Source: Candidatus Eiseniibacteriota bacterium (GTDB lineage: Bacteria > Eisenbacteria > RBG-16-71-46 > JABDJR01). Taken from it: 64,000 nucleotides of DNA. The stretch is from positions 224,001 through 288,000 of the forward strand of contig CAVXKA010000003.1 of NCBI GenBank assembly GCA_963762255.1, read 5' to 3'. Shown in pieces: positions 26,590 to 36,162 of this stretch. A program made the translations under genes and the position numbers. Under the pieces are notes generated by a model, which was given only the letters and a program-made list of their open reading frames with translations, had not been told where the DNA came from and did no database searches. Numbering within the stretch: position 1 is the first letter of the stretch; every line of letters begins with the position of its first letter.

Positions 26590-27621
26590 TTACCACGGAG
26601 TCAGCACCACCTTGCCGAAGACGGCCCGCTCCTCGAGAAGCCGGTGCCCCTCCCGCACCTCGTTCATCGGCAGGACCCGGTCGATCACCGGCGCGAGCTC
26701 GCCCCGTTCCAGGAGCCGCAGCACCTCGTGCACTTCGCTTCGCGAGCCCATGGTGGAGCCCAGGAGCGAGAGGCTCTTGAAGAAGACGTGCGGAAGCGAG
26801 GTCATCGCCTCGGTACCGCTGGTGTTGCCGCAGATCACGAGGCGCCCGCCGACGGCAAGACTGCGGATGTTGCCCTCCCACGTGTCCTTGCCGATGTGAT
26901 CCACGATCACGTCCACCCCCCGCTTGCCGGTGAGGCGACGGACCTCCGCCACGAAGTCTTCGGTGCGGTAGTCGATCCCCGCTTCCGCGCCCAGCTCCCC
27001 GGCCCGCCGCAGCTTTTCGGCGCTTCCCGCCGTGACGAGGATGCGCGCACCGAGCAGCGCGGCAATCTGAATGGCCGCGGTGGACACTCCGCTGCCGGCG
27101 GCGTGAATGAGCACGGTCTCCCCCGGGCGGACCCGCGCACGGGCAACCAACATGTGCCAGGCCGTGAGGAAGACGAGCGGCGCCGCAGCCGCCTCTTCGA
27201 ACGAGAGACTCTCCGGCTTCGCGAGGATGTTGCGGGCGGGGACCACGACGAAGTCGGCGCAGGTGCCGTCGCGGTGCTCGCCGAGGATTCTGTACCGGCG
27301 ACAGAGATGGTCGTCTCCTCGCGCGCACACCTCGCAGACGCCGCACGCCACCCCGGGGGCCAGCACGCACGCCATGCCCGCCTCGATGCCCTCGACTCCC
27401 TCCCCCACGCGATCCACGAGCCCGGCGCCGTCGCAGCCGGGGGTGAGGGGCAAGGGATAGCGGACGCCGGGCACCCCCCGCCGCACCCAGATGTCCAGAT
27501 GGTTGAGGGCCGCGGCCCGGATGCGAACCCGGACTTCGCCCGGTCCGGGCTCGGGATCGGGCAGTTCGGCAAGGGTGAGGGCCTCGGGTCCCCCATGCTC
27601 GTGAACGCGTACAGCGCGCAT
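26590..27621 (-). CDS. Zinc-binding alcohol dehydrogenase/quinone oxidoreductase (MDR family)
   Basis: LNHLD, PGCDGAG, structural Zn site CGVCEVC...C, AAGSGV and GKVVL motifs. Confidence 0.9.
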   Translation of the reverse strand: MRAVRVHEHGGPEALTLAELPDPEPGPGEVRVRIRAAALNHLDIWVRRGVPGVRYPLPLTPGCDGAGLVDRVGEGVEGIEAGMACVLAPGVACGVCEVCARGDDHLCRRYRILGEHRDGTCADFVVVPARNILAKPESLSFEEAAAAPLVFLTAWHMLVARARVRPGETVLIHAAGSGVSTAAIQIAALLGARILVTAGSAEKLRRAGELGAEAGIDYRTEDFVAEVRRLTGKRGVDVIVDHIGKDTWEGNIRSLAVGGRLVICGNTSGTEAMTSLPHVFFKSLSLLGSTMGSRSEVHEVLRLLERGELAPVIDRVLPMNEVREGHRLLEERAVFGKVVLTPW

Positions 27622-27768
27622 GGATCGGCCTCCTGTTTCAGGGATCGCAGGATTCTGCCAGACTCGACCCGGCCGCACCACGCCCGGTTGTGCCTGTCAC
27701 TTCAAGGCTGTCGTTGACTATGTCGGCACCTGGGCGTAAGATTTCGGACCCGGAGACCCCAAAATCTC

Positions 27769-28830
27769 ATGGCCCCACCCTCAGCGCTCACCCTGGAGAT
27801 CGAACCTCGCTCGCGCTTCGACGTCATCGACGTCCGATCGCGCGTTGCTGCCAGGTTTAGCGAGTTTTTTCGTAAATACCGCAACACGGTCTACTCCTCC
27901 CACCACACAACCGCAGGGTATCTGGAGCAGAGCTTCTGCGCGCGACTCAACCACGATCGGGATTCGGTGCAGGGATTCGTGGCCTCCTACGAGCAGCTCT
28001 TTCCCCCGGGGGCGGACTACCAGCACGATCGGCTCCACCTGCGGAGCGAACTGAGCGAGGAGCAGCGGCAACGGGAGCCCAAGAATGGGCACTCCCACCT
28101 CACCTTCATCGGGTCGGGGCTCAAGAACTGCGTCACCTACTCGAATGACACCGAGGAGCCCGTCTACCTCATCGAGCTGGACGGCATCCACGAGGACGCC
28201 GTCCGCCGGCGCTGGACCACGGTGATCGGCTACAACCACGAGGAGGTCGTTCACCGCTTCCGGGCCGAAGTGCCCATCTCACACCACGCCATCGATTCGG
28301 TGAACCTCAAGGATCCCCGCTACGGGCTTTACGACGAGTTGCGTCGCGTCCTCGAGAAGTACGAGGTCCGTAAGGGGCGCATCGACGTGTCGTTGGCCCA
28401 CACGGAGCGCCACGCCGCGCTGACCGTCAACGAATACGAAACCCTGCTCATGAAGCACGACTTCGCCGAAGTCCTCCGCAACCCGCTCTACTTCATCGCC
28501 GAGAAGAGCCGGAACATGTTTCTTGACCCGCGGTCGGTCCCGGCCAAGGCCCTCAACTACGCGAAGTACGACTTCGTCCAGGTGCTCAACGAGGTCATGG
28601 ACAAGTTGGGCGCCACCAACTCGGGTCTGGAACGGGCGGTGGACAAGCTGCTGGCGCTTCCCGCGGCCCGCGCGCTGCGCATGAAACGCTCGGTCAGCCT
28701 GGTGGTCGACGACGGGGCCGGAGCGGCTGCCATCCTCGAGGGTACCTACCAGAGCCCGATCCTCATGCAATGGCGCCACGCCCAGAGTCGCACCCGGGTC
28801 CTCGATATCACCCTCACTCGATTCGAGTAG
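27769..28830 (+). CDS. Tandem double-domain YjbQ/UPF0047-like protein
   Basis: Domain 1 has HHTTAG, YQHD, NGHSHL and IELDG; domain 2 has HAALTVNEYE and GTYQSPILMQW; about twice the usual YjbQ length. Confidence 0.65.
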   Translation: MAPPSALTLEIEPRSRFDVIDVRSRVAARFSEFFRKYRNTVYSSHHTTAGYLEQSFCARLNHDRDSVQGFVASYEQLFPPGADYQHDRLHLRSELSEEQRQREPKNGHSHLTFIGSGLKNCVTYSNDTEEPVYLIELDGIHEDAVRRRWTTVIGYNHEEVVHRFRAEVPISHHAIDSVNLKDPRYGLYDELRRVLEKYEVRKGRIDVSLAHTERHAALTVNEYETLLMKHDFAEVLRNPLYFIAEKSRNMFLDPRSVPAKALNYAKYDFVQVLNEVMDKLGATNSGLERAVDKLLALPAARALRMKRSVSLVVDDGAGAAAILEGTYQSPILMQWRHAQSRTRVLDITLTRFE

Positions 28831-28948
28831 CGCCGCCCCTCACGATTTTTTCAAGAATTGTTTGTGACCTCTGCGCGGTTGCCTGAATCTTACCCGTGAA
28901 CCCCAAGCGCGGGGCGTCTGGTCCGAACCACCGAGGAGGAGGTGTTCC

Positions 28949-30445
28949 ATGGTCCATCCACGCCCCAGTTCGTCCCGTCTCATGCTCCTGCTGCTTGCCA
29001 CGATCGGGCTGACCCTGCCCGCCATCCCGGCCCGTGCTGCCGAGGCCGCCTCCGGCGACTACATCCTGATCGGCTGGAACGATCTGGGCATGCACTGCTC
29101 CAACCGAAACTTCGCCGATCTGACCGTGCTTCCCCCGTACAACACGGTGTGGGCGACTCTGATTCGACGAGGATCGCCCACCCAACCGCCCCAGGTCGTG
29201 GCTTCCGGCTACCGGGTCAGCTACAGCATTCTCGACAACACTTACTCGGTGGGAAAGACCGACTTCTGGACCTACGCGCCTCAGGTCTTCGGGGTGGCAC
29301 TGCCCCCGAACATCGGCCTCACCGGGAAGGGGCTCACCGGCGACATGGATGCCGCCGCCGATCATTTCCACGTCGAAGGAATCCCCCTCACCCCGTTCAC
29401 CGACAGTGACCTGACGCACGAGCAGCCATACCAGCTCGGGCGCCTCGAGGCCTTCGACGGCCTGAACAACGTCCTTGCCACAACCGAGATCGTGGTCCCG
29501 GTCTCGAACGAGATGATGTGCGCCAACTGTCACCAGCCGCGCAGCGGCGAGACGGTGGAGCATGCCATCCTCCGCAAGCACGATTCGGAGGAAGAGACGA
29601 ATCTCGCCAACTCCACGCCGGTGTTGTGCGCGGGCTGCCACGGCAGCAACGCACTCGGTCTGCCCGGAAACCCCGAGCTGGGGAGTCTGTCCGAGGTAAT
29701 GCACGTCAAGCACGCCGAGTACACCGACGACTGCTACCAGTGCCACCCCGGTCCGAACACGCAATGCCTGCGCGACGTGATGTCCACCGAATACAGCATG
29801 ACCTGCCAGGACTGCCATGGGTCCATGCTGGAGGTAGGGACATCGCTCGCCGAGGGGCAACGACAGGCCTGGCTCGAGGAGCCTCGGTGCGGCACCTGCC
29901 ACGGCGCGGCCTACAGCGAGGCCCCGAACACGCTCTTCCGCAACTCACACAACGGGCACGGGAACCTCTACTGCCCGACCTGCCACTCCAGCCCGCACGC
30001 GATTCTTCCCTCGCGCGAGGAGCGGGACAACCGGCAGAACGTGGCGCTGCAGGGGCACGCGGGCACGCTCGATCGATGCGACGTGTGCCACGGCTACACC
30101 CCGGCCGGAGCGGGTCCGCACGGCGTCGCGGTCACCGCAGTGGGCGATGGAATCCCCGATGCGCGGCCGGTGCTGCTCCTTTCGCCCGCACCCAACCCGT
30201 TCCGAGCCCGCACCGAGATCAGCTATCGCGTCCTGGACGAGTCCCCCGTCCGGCTCTCCATCTACGACGTGAGCGGGCGCGAGGTGCGGGTGCTTACCGC
30301 GAACTCGCAGACGCCGGGTTCCCACACTCTCGTGTGGGATGGCGCCGAGTCGAACGGGGCCCGGTCACCGTCGGGGATGTACTTCGTCAGGCTTATGACC
30401 GGAGGAAAGACGGCAACTTCAAAGCTGATGAAGCTGGAGCCATAG
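28949..30445 (+). CDS. Secreted multiheme (7x CxxCH) cytochrome c with a C-terminal FlgD-Ig/T9SS-like sorting domain
   Basis: Signal peptide; CANCH, CAGCH, CYQCH, CQDCH, CGTCH, CPTCH, CDVCH; PNPF...IYDVSGR.VR.L...WDG...SG.YF tail; SD GGAGG. Confidence 0.9.
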   Translation: MVHPRPSSSRLMLLLLATIGLTLPAIPARAAEAASGDYILIGWNDLGMHCSNRNFADLTVLPPYNTVWATLIRRGSPTQPPQVVASGYRVSYSILDNTYSVGKTDFWTYAPQVFGVALPPNIGLTGKGLTGDMDAAADHFHVEGIPLTPFTDSDLTHEQPYQLGRLEAFDGLNNVLATTEIVVPVSNEMMCANCHQPRSGETVEHAILRKHDSEEETNLANSTPVLCAGCHGSNALGLPGNPELGSLSEVMHVKHAEYTDDCYQCHPGPNTQCLRDVMSTEYSMTCQDCHGSMLEVGTSLAEGQRQAWLEEPRCGTCHGAAYSEAPNTLFRNSHNGHGNLYCPTCHSSPHAILPSREERDNRQNVALQGHAGTLDRCDVCHGYTPAGAGPHGVAVTAVGDGIPDARPVLLLSPAPNPFRARTEISYRVLDESPVRLSIYDVSGREVRVLTANSQTPGSHTLVWDGAESNGARSPSGMYFVRLMTGGKTATSKLMKLEP

Positions 30446-30460
30446 CGGGCGAGGGTATGC

Positions 30461-32146
30461 CTAGAGATCGACGTACTTGGGGCCACCGCCCCCTTCCGGG
30501 GGGAGCCAGGTGATGATCTCGTAGGGGTCCGCGATGTCGCAGGTCTTGCAGTGCACGCAGTTCGAGAAGTTGATCTGAAGCTTCTTCCCCGAGCGCGTGT
30601 CCCCTTCCACCATCTCGTAGACCCCTGCCGGACAGAAGTGCTGGCAGGGGTTTCCGAATTCCTCGACGCAGCGGGTGGCACAGATGTCGGTGTCGCTCAC
30701 TATTAGGTGGGAGGGCTGATCCTCCTCGTGAATGGTCCCCGACTTGAACACGTCGCTCATCTTGTCGAAGGTGAGCGTACCGTCGAACTTCATCGGTTCC
30801 GGGCGGGTGCCGCCCAGAGCGGAGAGCTTGCGCATGTGGGTATGGTCCTTGGCCACCCGCGTGTTGTCGCCGAACCCGCTCCCCCCGGTCATCATCAGCA
30901 AGGCCGCGTTGGCCATGCCGGCCCAGCGTCCACCCTGGAATCCCTGATGGAAGTTGCGCCCCTTGTAGAGTTCCGCGCGCGCACGACTCGTTTCGAAGAG
31001 CCGATCGTAGTGCGACAGTCCGGCCTCCGAGAAGTCCCTCTGCTTCAACGCCTCGAAAACGGCCTTTGCCGCCAGCATGCCGCTCTCGATGGCCAGATGG
31101 ATCCCCTTGAGTCGCTCCGCATTCAGGAAGGCGGCCGCGTCGCCGACGATGAGCGCCCCCGGCAGCACGCGCTTGGGCATGGAGAACCACCCGCCGAGCG
31201 GAAGCGTCTTGGCGCCGTACGTGAGCAGTTCTCCTCCCTCGAGGATGCGCCGCACGAAAGGATGGGTCTTGTAGCGCTGGAACTCGCGATGGGGATCGGT
31301 GAACGGGCTGCGGGCGTCGAGGCCGATCACGAGGCCGAGCGACACCTTGTCGCCGGCCATGCCGTAGATCCATCCGCCCCCGTAGGTGCGTCTGTCCGTC
31401 GGAAAGCCCATCGTGTGAACCACGGCCCCGGGCTTCACGCGGCCAGCCGGCACTTTCCAGACTTCCTTCACCCCGGTGCCGTAGGTCTGCGGCGTGATCC
31501 CGTTCAGGTACCGGTCGCGGACGAGTTGTTTGGTGAGGTTGCCCCGAGTGCCTTCGGCAAGCACCGTCACCTTGGCCTTGATGTCCACGCCCGGCTCAAA
31601 GTTCGGCTTCCGTGCGCTGTGCTTGTCGATGCCCTTGTCGCCGGTTCGCACGCCGACGATCGCGTCCCCCTCGGTGAGGAGCGCGGCCGCGGGAAAGCCC
31701 GCGAAGACGTCCACGCCACGCTTCTCCGCCTGCTCGGCGAGCCATCGCACAACGTGGTAGAGCGACACGACGACGTTGCCGTGGTTCTGCACCGAGGGGG
31801 GGGTGAACGGGAACTTGATCGACTTCGTCCGCGTGAGGTAATAAAGCGCGTCCTCGGTGACGGGCGACTCGACCGGGCACCCCGCTTCGCGCCAGTCGGG
31901 GATGAGCGCGTCGAGGCCGCGCGGATCCATCACCGCGCCGGAGAGGCTGTGCGCTCCCGGCTCGGCCGCCTTCTCGATCACCGCGATGGCCGGTTCGAGC
32001 TTGGTTCCCTCGGCTCCGCCCTCCACACGGCGGTTGTGCTCACCCACCAGGTCGGCGAGATGGATCGCCCCGGCCAAGCCAGCGGGGCCGGCGCCCACGA
32101 AAACCACGTCGAGTTCCAGTTCGTCTCGCTGGATGTCGTCGCTCAT
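30461..32146 (-). CDS. Electron transfer flavoprotein-ubiquinone oxidoreductase (ETF-QO)
   Basis: VGAGPAGL, HSLSGAV, GVKEVW, GDAAAF, KGIHLAI.SG and the C-terminal 4Fe-4S motif FCPAGVYE...NCVHCKTCDI. Confidence 0.93.
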   Translation of the reverse strand: MSDDIQRDELELDVVFVGAGPAGLAGAIHLADLVGEHNRRVEGGAEGTKLEPAIAVIEKAAEPGAHSLSGAVMDPRGLDALIPDWREAGCPVESPVTEDALYYLTRTKSIKFPFTPPSVQNHGNVVVSLYHVVRWLAEQAEKRGVDVFAGFPAAALLTEGDAIVGVRTGDKGIDKHSARKPNFEPGVDIKAKVTVLAEGTRGNLTKQLVRDRYLNGITPQTYGTGVKEVWKVPAGRVKPGAVVHTMGFPTDRRTYGGGWIYGMAGDKVSLGLVIGLDARSPFTDPHREFQRYKTHPFVRRILEGGELLTYGAKTLPLGGWFSMPKRVLPGALIVGDAAAFLNAERLKGIHLAIESGMLAAKAVFEALKQRDFSEAGLSHYDRLFETSRARAELYKGRNFHQGFQGGRWAGMANAALLMMTGGSGFGDNTRVAKDHTHMRKLSALGGTRPEPMKFDGTLTFDKMSDVFKSGTIHEEDQPSHLIVSDTDICATRCVEEFGNPCQHFCPAGVYEMVEGDTRSGKKLQINFSNCVHCKTCDIADPYEIITWLPPEGGGGPKYVDL

Positions 32147-32318
32147 CTCACCTCCGTGTGGTCGACGGATGATAGTCGGGGCCGAATCGAGGGGCAACAG
32201 GAAGTCGGGCACGGGGACCGGAAGGCCGGCCGGATCTCGCTGGGAGTGGCGGGTCCATCTGTGACTCAGGGCAAGACGCCACGCCGATCTGAAACAGTGA
32301 CCAGCAGCCTCCCGAATT

Positions 32319-32534
32319 TTAAGCGCGTGGCCGCGGATCCAGCGCATACCCCCCCGAGGTGCTATCCTTGAGGTCTCGCGACTCTGCCTGACTGATCGCA
32401 ACGTCTCGAACAAGGTCGGTCAGCTTCCGCTCCAGGCGGTTGATTCTGAGCTGCAGGTTCAAGATGAGCACAATGCTAATGACCGTCCAGCAGTATAGGA
32501 GCAGATCGGCGCTTCACCCCGATTCCTGGGCCAC
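32319..32534 (-). pseudogene. Decayed C-terminal remnant of a DUF2304-family membrane protein
   Basis: Manual translation gives ADLLLYCWTVISIVLILNLQLRINRLERKLTDLVRDVAISQ..., resembling the DUF2304 G.GRGADLLLY...LERKITELVRE.A pattern. The upstream VAQ/IGVKR segment is out of frame and there is no start codon. Confidence 0.6.
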
Positions 32535-32572
32535 GGGGTGTCTCGTTTTGACATCTCTCGTGAAGGGGAGAA

Positions 32573-33724
32573 TCACCGTTGCGGCGTTGGCGGTGGGGAA
32601 GCGGCAGGGGATTTCTCCCCGGCATTCATTCTCTCCAAGATGACGTTTCCAATTTCGATCGCGGAGAGCATGTGGGGGATCTCCGTCCAGTGGCCTCCCC
32701 CCGCCGCCCGGTAGAGGTCGGCCAGCCCGTCATAGTTCCTGAGCCAAGTGGAAGTATCCAGGTAGACCCCTCCGTCGGGAACGAAAGCCAGCCTCTCGGG
32801 GGCAGGGAATGACGGTACCAGGTTCTTCCGGGTGATATCGAGCAGGATCAGATAGGCGCCATGCGCGTTGGCCACTTCGGCGATCCGATTGACGAGCGCC
32901 ACGCTGAGATCCTCCTGGTACCTGCCCAGCGACGTATCACCGAACGTCGGAGCCGACCCCGGCAGACCCAGGCCTTCGAAGTTTCGGTCCAGGACCAACT
33001 TCCTGACCAATATTGTCGCCTTCTGGTTCAGGAGCCCGTGCAGGTAGGAGTGCTCGCTCAAGAATCTATACGGCCAGAATGAATTCAGGAAGTCCCGGAC
33101 GCCGATCGCCGGCAGGTACTCCCGACTCTTCAGCGTCAGTTTTCCATTCTCAACCCCGTAGAGGTTCGCTCGGATGTTATCGGTGAGGTCATTCTGGAAA
33201 TAGCCGAGGATGACAACGTCCGGCTGGTACTTGACGCCCTCTTGTTCCAGGAAGACCAGTTCCTCCGCGTTTCCGGATCCCGACATGCCGGCATTTATCA
33301 CTTCGGCCTTTAGGCCATGCTTTTCCAGGTATCGTTCCAGGACGGCAGCATAGGTCTGGTGTTGGTGGACCTCGTAGCCGATGGTGAAGGAGTCCCCCAG
33401 GACGAGCGCGCGCAGCACTCCCTGAGGCTTGCGGTAGTTGAAATCCCGGGTGTTTCTGAAGCCCTGCTTGTTGATCCGGAACTCCCAGCTCCCCTCGGCC
33501 GTCTCGTGTCGGTACTTTGCGTTCGGGACATTCCCGCGGATCTTGAAATCGTTGTACTGGGCGCCGGTGACGTAACGGGGGGAGATCGGTAACTTGTGGC
33601 CATAGCGGATACGTACGATGGTCTCTGCGATGATGAGGGCGATGAGTAGGGATAGGAAGAGCGCCAGGAACTTCTTGAGCACTTCCCGGCCGGGAGAGCG
33701 GGGCGCGCCTGTCTGTGGCGTCAT
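32573..33724 (-). CDS. Membrane-anchored SGNH/GDSL hydrolase family protein
   Basis: N-terminal TM; INKQGFR, LVLGDSFT, INAGMSG, GYFQND and GHWT motifs. Confidence 0.85.
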   Translation of the reverse strand: MTPQTGAPRSPGREVLKKFLALFLSLLIALIIAETIVRIRYGHKLPISPRYVTGAQYNDFKIRGNVPNAKYRHETAEGSWEFRINKQGFRNTRDFNYRKPQGVLRALVLGDSFTIGYEVHQHQTYAAVLERYLEKHGLKAEVINAGMSGSGNAEELVFLEQEGVKYQPDVVILGYFQNDLTDNIRANLYGVENGKLTLKSREYLPAIGVRDFLNSFWPYRFLSEHSYLHGLLNQKATILVRKLVLDRNFEGLGLPGSAPTFGDTSLGRYQEDLSVALVNRIAEVANAHGAYLILLDITRKNLVPSFPAPERLAFVPDGGVYLDTSTWLRNYDGLADLYRAAGGGHWTEIPHMLSAIEIGNVILERMNAGEKSPAASPPPTPQR

Positions 33725-33796
33725 CCATGAACCCCTTTCTTCATGCCCTAACCATGAGATGTCGAGAGGATCTTCCGATGGAAGCCTCTCGATGGC

Positions 33797-33955
33797 CTAG
33801 AACAGCGCGTAGATGAAGGGCGCGACCGCGCTGCTCTCCGTGAAGACGATCAGCACCGCCAGAAGGCCCAGGACGAGCACGATCGGCATGAGCCAGTACC
33901 GCTTACGGTGTCTGAGGAACTGAAAGAACTCCCACAGGAATGACTGATTGGCCAT
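33797..33955 (-). CDS. DUF5989/SxtK-like small membrane protein (52 aa, not in the ORF track)
   Basis: MANQSFLWEFFQFLRHRKRYWLMPIVLVLGLLAVLIVFTESSAVAPFIYALF with the typical RK..WL.P...SA.APFIY.LF pattern; SD AAGGAGG. Confidence 0.85.
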   Translation of the reverse strand: MANQSFLWEFFQFLRHRKRYWLMPIVLVLGLLAVLIVFTESSAVAPFIYALF

Positions 33956-33965
33956 GACATCCTCC

Positions 33966-34367
33966 TTAATAGCGTCGCTCGAAACGGTCAGTTGGCTGAG
34001 CCGGTTCGTGCCGCGTCACCCAGTAGGTCGCGGCCTTCCGGGAGGGATGCCGGGGGATGGGTGAACCGCCAAAGAGCTTCTTGAGAATCCCGAACGGGGT
34101 GATGACGAGGTAGAACGCAGCGGTCAGCATCACGAGGGTCAGCACCCGGCCGACGGCATGGGTGAATCGAAGGTATCGCTCGTAGGCGGGACGCAGAAGT
34201 GCCGGCAGGAGGTAGAACGCCAACCCGAGGGTCGCCAGCAACCCAAAAAATGCTTGGCCGAACGGCTTGTCCCGCCAAACTGCCAGCATGCACAGGCACC
34301 CGAAGAAGACGAAGGCCGTCGCTCCAAAGCGCCGGACCTTGAGGACCTCAGTCGAGCTCGAACTCAT
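33966..34367 (-). CDS. SxtJ-family membrane protein
   Basis: RRFG N-terminus; P.LLRP; FYLVITPFG; TYW...P and ERRY C-terminus; located after the carbamoyltransferase. Confidence 0.8.
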   Translation of the reverse strand: MSSSSTEVLKVRRFGATAFVFFGCLCMLAVWRDKPFGQAFFGLLATLGLAFYLLPALLRPAYERYLRFTHAVGRVLTLVMLTAAFYLVITPFGILKKLFGGSPIPRHPSRKAATYWVTRHEPAQPTDRFERRY

Positions 34368-36162
34368 CCCGCCAGTCCTTTCTCTCTTCCCAAGCCGGCT
34401 GCGCGGTCTTCTGCAGGATGAAATCCTCCAGAACCAGCACATCCATTTCCGTGCGCATGAAACAGCGGTACGCGTCCTCTGGGCTGCGGACGATCGGTTC
34501 TCCGCGCACGTTGAAGCTCGTGTTGACGATGACCCCACAGCCGGTGAGATCCCGGAAGGCGGAAATCACCTCGTGGTAGTCGGGCTTGTCCCGCCGGTCG
34601 ACCGTCTGGAGCCGGGCCGAGTAGTCCAGATGGGTCACTGCGGGTATGTCGCTCCTCTTGTTGTTGAGCCGTTCCATTATGCTCAGATGATCCCCGGAGG
34701 GCTGCGGCAGGCGCCGATCCTCGCGAACCATGGCCACCAGGAGCATGTACGGGCTCCCCCGATCGATGTCGAAATACTCGGAGGCGCACTCCACAAGGAC
34801 GGACGGGGCGAAGGGGCGGAACGACTCTCGGTACTTGATCTTCAAGTTCATGACCTTCTGGGTGTCCTCCCGTCTCGGATCCCCCAAAATGCTTCGGGCC
34901 CCAAGGGCCCGTGGTCCGAATTCCATCCGTCCCGCGAAGTAACCGACGATCTTCCCTTCCGCCAGCTCGGCAGCGATGATCGCCGCCCGCTCTCGCGGTG
35001 CCATCTCCCGGTAGGGCAAGCCCCGGACTTCGAGGAAGCCGCGGATCTCCTCCGGGCTGAAGGCGCATCCCAAATACGATCCGCTCTGGCGATCTCTGCC
35101 GCCCGGGTCGGGCCTCGGGTTGCCGAGGTAGCGGTGCCAGACGGAGAGGGCGGCTCCGAGGGCCCCACCGGCGTCGCCGGCGGCCGGCTGGATCCAGATA
35201 TCCTCGAACGGTGTCTCGCGCAGGATGCGCCCGTTGGCCACGCAGTTGAGGGCGACCCCCCCCGCCAGGCAGAGGTGCTTGAGGCCGGTTTCCCGATGCA
35301 CGTGGTGTGCCATGCGCAACAGGATCTCCTCGGTCACTGCCTGGATGCTGGCGGCCAGGTCCATCTCCCTCTGGGTGATCTCGGCTTCGGGATTCCGGGG
35401 AGGCCCGCCGAACAGATCGTCAAATCTCCGGTTGGTCATGCGCAGGCCGCCGAGAAAATCGAAGTAGTAGAGGTTAAGGCGCAGAGAGCCGTCTTCTCTG
35501 ATGTCGATAAGCTCCCGCAAGATGAGATCCCGGTAGCGGGGCACGCCGTAGGGCGCCAGTCCCATGAGCTTGTACTCACCGGAGTTGACCTTGAACCCGG
35601 TGAAGTAGGTGAACGCGGAGTAGAGGAGTCCCAGGGAATGCGGGAAGTGAAGCTCTTTGAGGAGCACGAGCTCCGAGCCCTTTCCGTAGCCGTAGCTGGC
35701 GGTGGCCCACTCTCCCACACCATCGATGGTCAGGATAGCGGCTTCCGGGTAAGGGGATGGGTAGAACGCCGACGCGGCGTGCGACTCGTGATGCTCCGTG
35801 AACAGGACGCTTCGGCTGTAACCGAGCTCGCGCTTCACGACGTTGGCCACGTGGAGCTTCTGCCCCAGCCAGAGGGGCATGGCCTGGAGCCAGGACCGAA
35901 GCCCCCGGGGCGCCACGGTGAGGTAGGTCATGAGCAGGCGTTCGAAGGTCAGGAAGGGCTTGTCGTAGAAGGCGACGAAATCGAGGTCCTCGACCCGGAT
36001 CTTCCCCTCCTCGAGGCAATACTTGGCCGCGTTCGTCGGAAATCGCGGGTCATGCTTCCTGCGGGTGAACCGCTCCTCCTGGGCGGCCACGACGATTTCG
36101 CCGTCCCGGACGAGGCAGGCAGCGCTATCGTGATAGAAGCACGAGATTCCCAGTATGTTCAT
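34348..36162 (-). CDS. O-carbamoyltransferase (NodU/CmcH/SxtI family)
   Basis: ILGISCFYHDSAA, QEERFTR.KHD, EHHESHAASAF, GEYKLMGLAPYG, GGVALNCVANG, EFGPRALG.RS and NTSFNVRGEP motifs. Confidence 0.95.
   Translation of the reverse strand: MNILGISCFYHDSAACLVRDGEIVVAAQEERFTRRKHDPRFPTNAAKYCLEEGKIRVEDLDFVAFYDKPFLTFERLLMTYLTVAPRGLRSWLQAMPLWLGQKLHVANVVKRELGYSRSVLFTEHHESHAASAFYPSPYPEAAILTIDGVGEWATASYGYGKGSELVLLKELHFPHSLGLLYSAFTYFTGFKVNSGEYKLMGLAPYGVPRYRDLILRELIDIREDGSLRLNLYYFDFLGGLRMTNRRFDDLFGGPPRNPEAEITQREMDLAASIQAVTEEILLRMAHHVHRETGLKHLCLAGGVALNCVANGRILRETPFEDIWIQPAAGDAGGALGAALSVWHRYLGNPRPDPGGRDRQSGSYLGCAFSPEEIRGFLEVRGLPYREMAPRERAAIIAAELAEGKIVGYFAGRMEFGPRALGARSILGDPRREDTQKVMNLKIKYRESFRPFAPSVLVECASEYFDIDRGSPYMLLVAMVREDRRLPQPSGDHLSIMERLNNKRSDIPAVTHLDYSARLQTVDRRDKPDYHEVISAFRDLTGCGVIVNTSFNVRGEPIVRSPEDAYRCFMRTEMDVLVLEDFILQKTAQPAWEERKDWRDEFELD

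Noticed and set aside
28840-28870. Rex/CRP-like site upstream of the cytochrome (TCACGATTTTTTCAAGA)
   Set aside because: It has too many mismatches to either consensus to support a call.
32147-32318. Riboswitch or ncRNA upstream of ETF-QO, or a 650-aa extended ETF-QO
   Set aside because: No recognisable aptamer was seen. An SD (GGAGGT) and a -10-like TATCAT support the start at 32146.
32573-36162. Saxitoxin biosynthesis cluster
   Set aside because: Only sxtI/J/K/L-like genes are present. No sxtA, sxtG or other core genes appear, and this cassette is widespread in non-producers.
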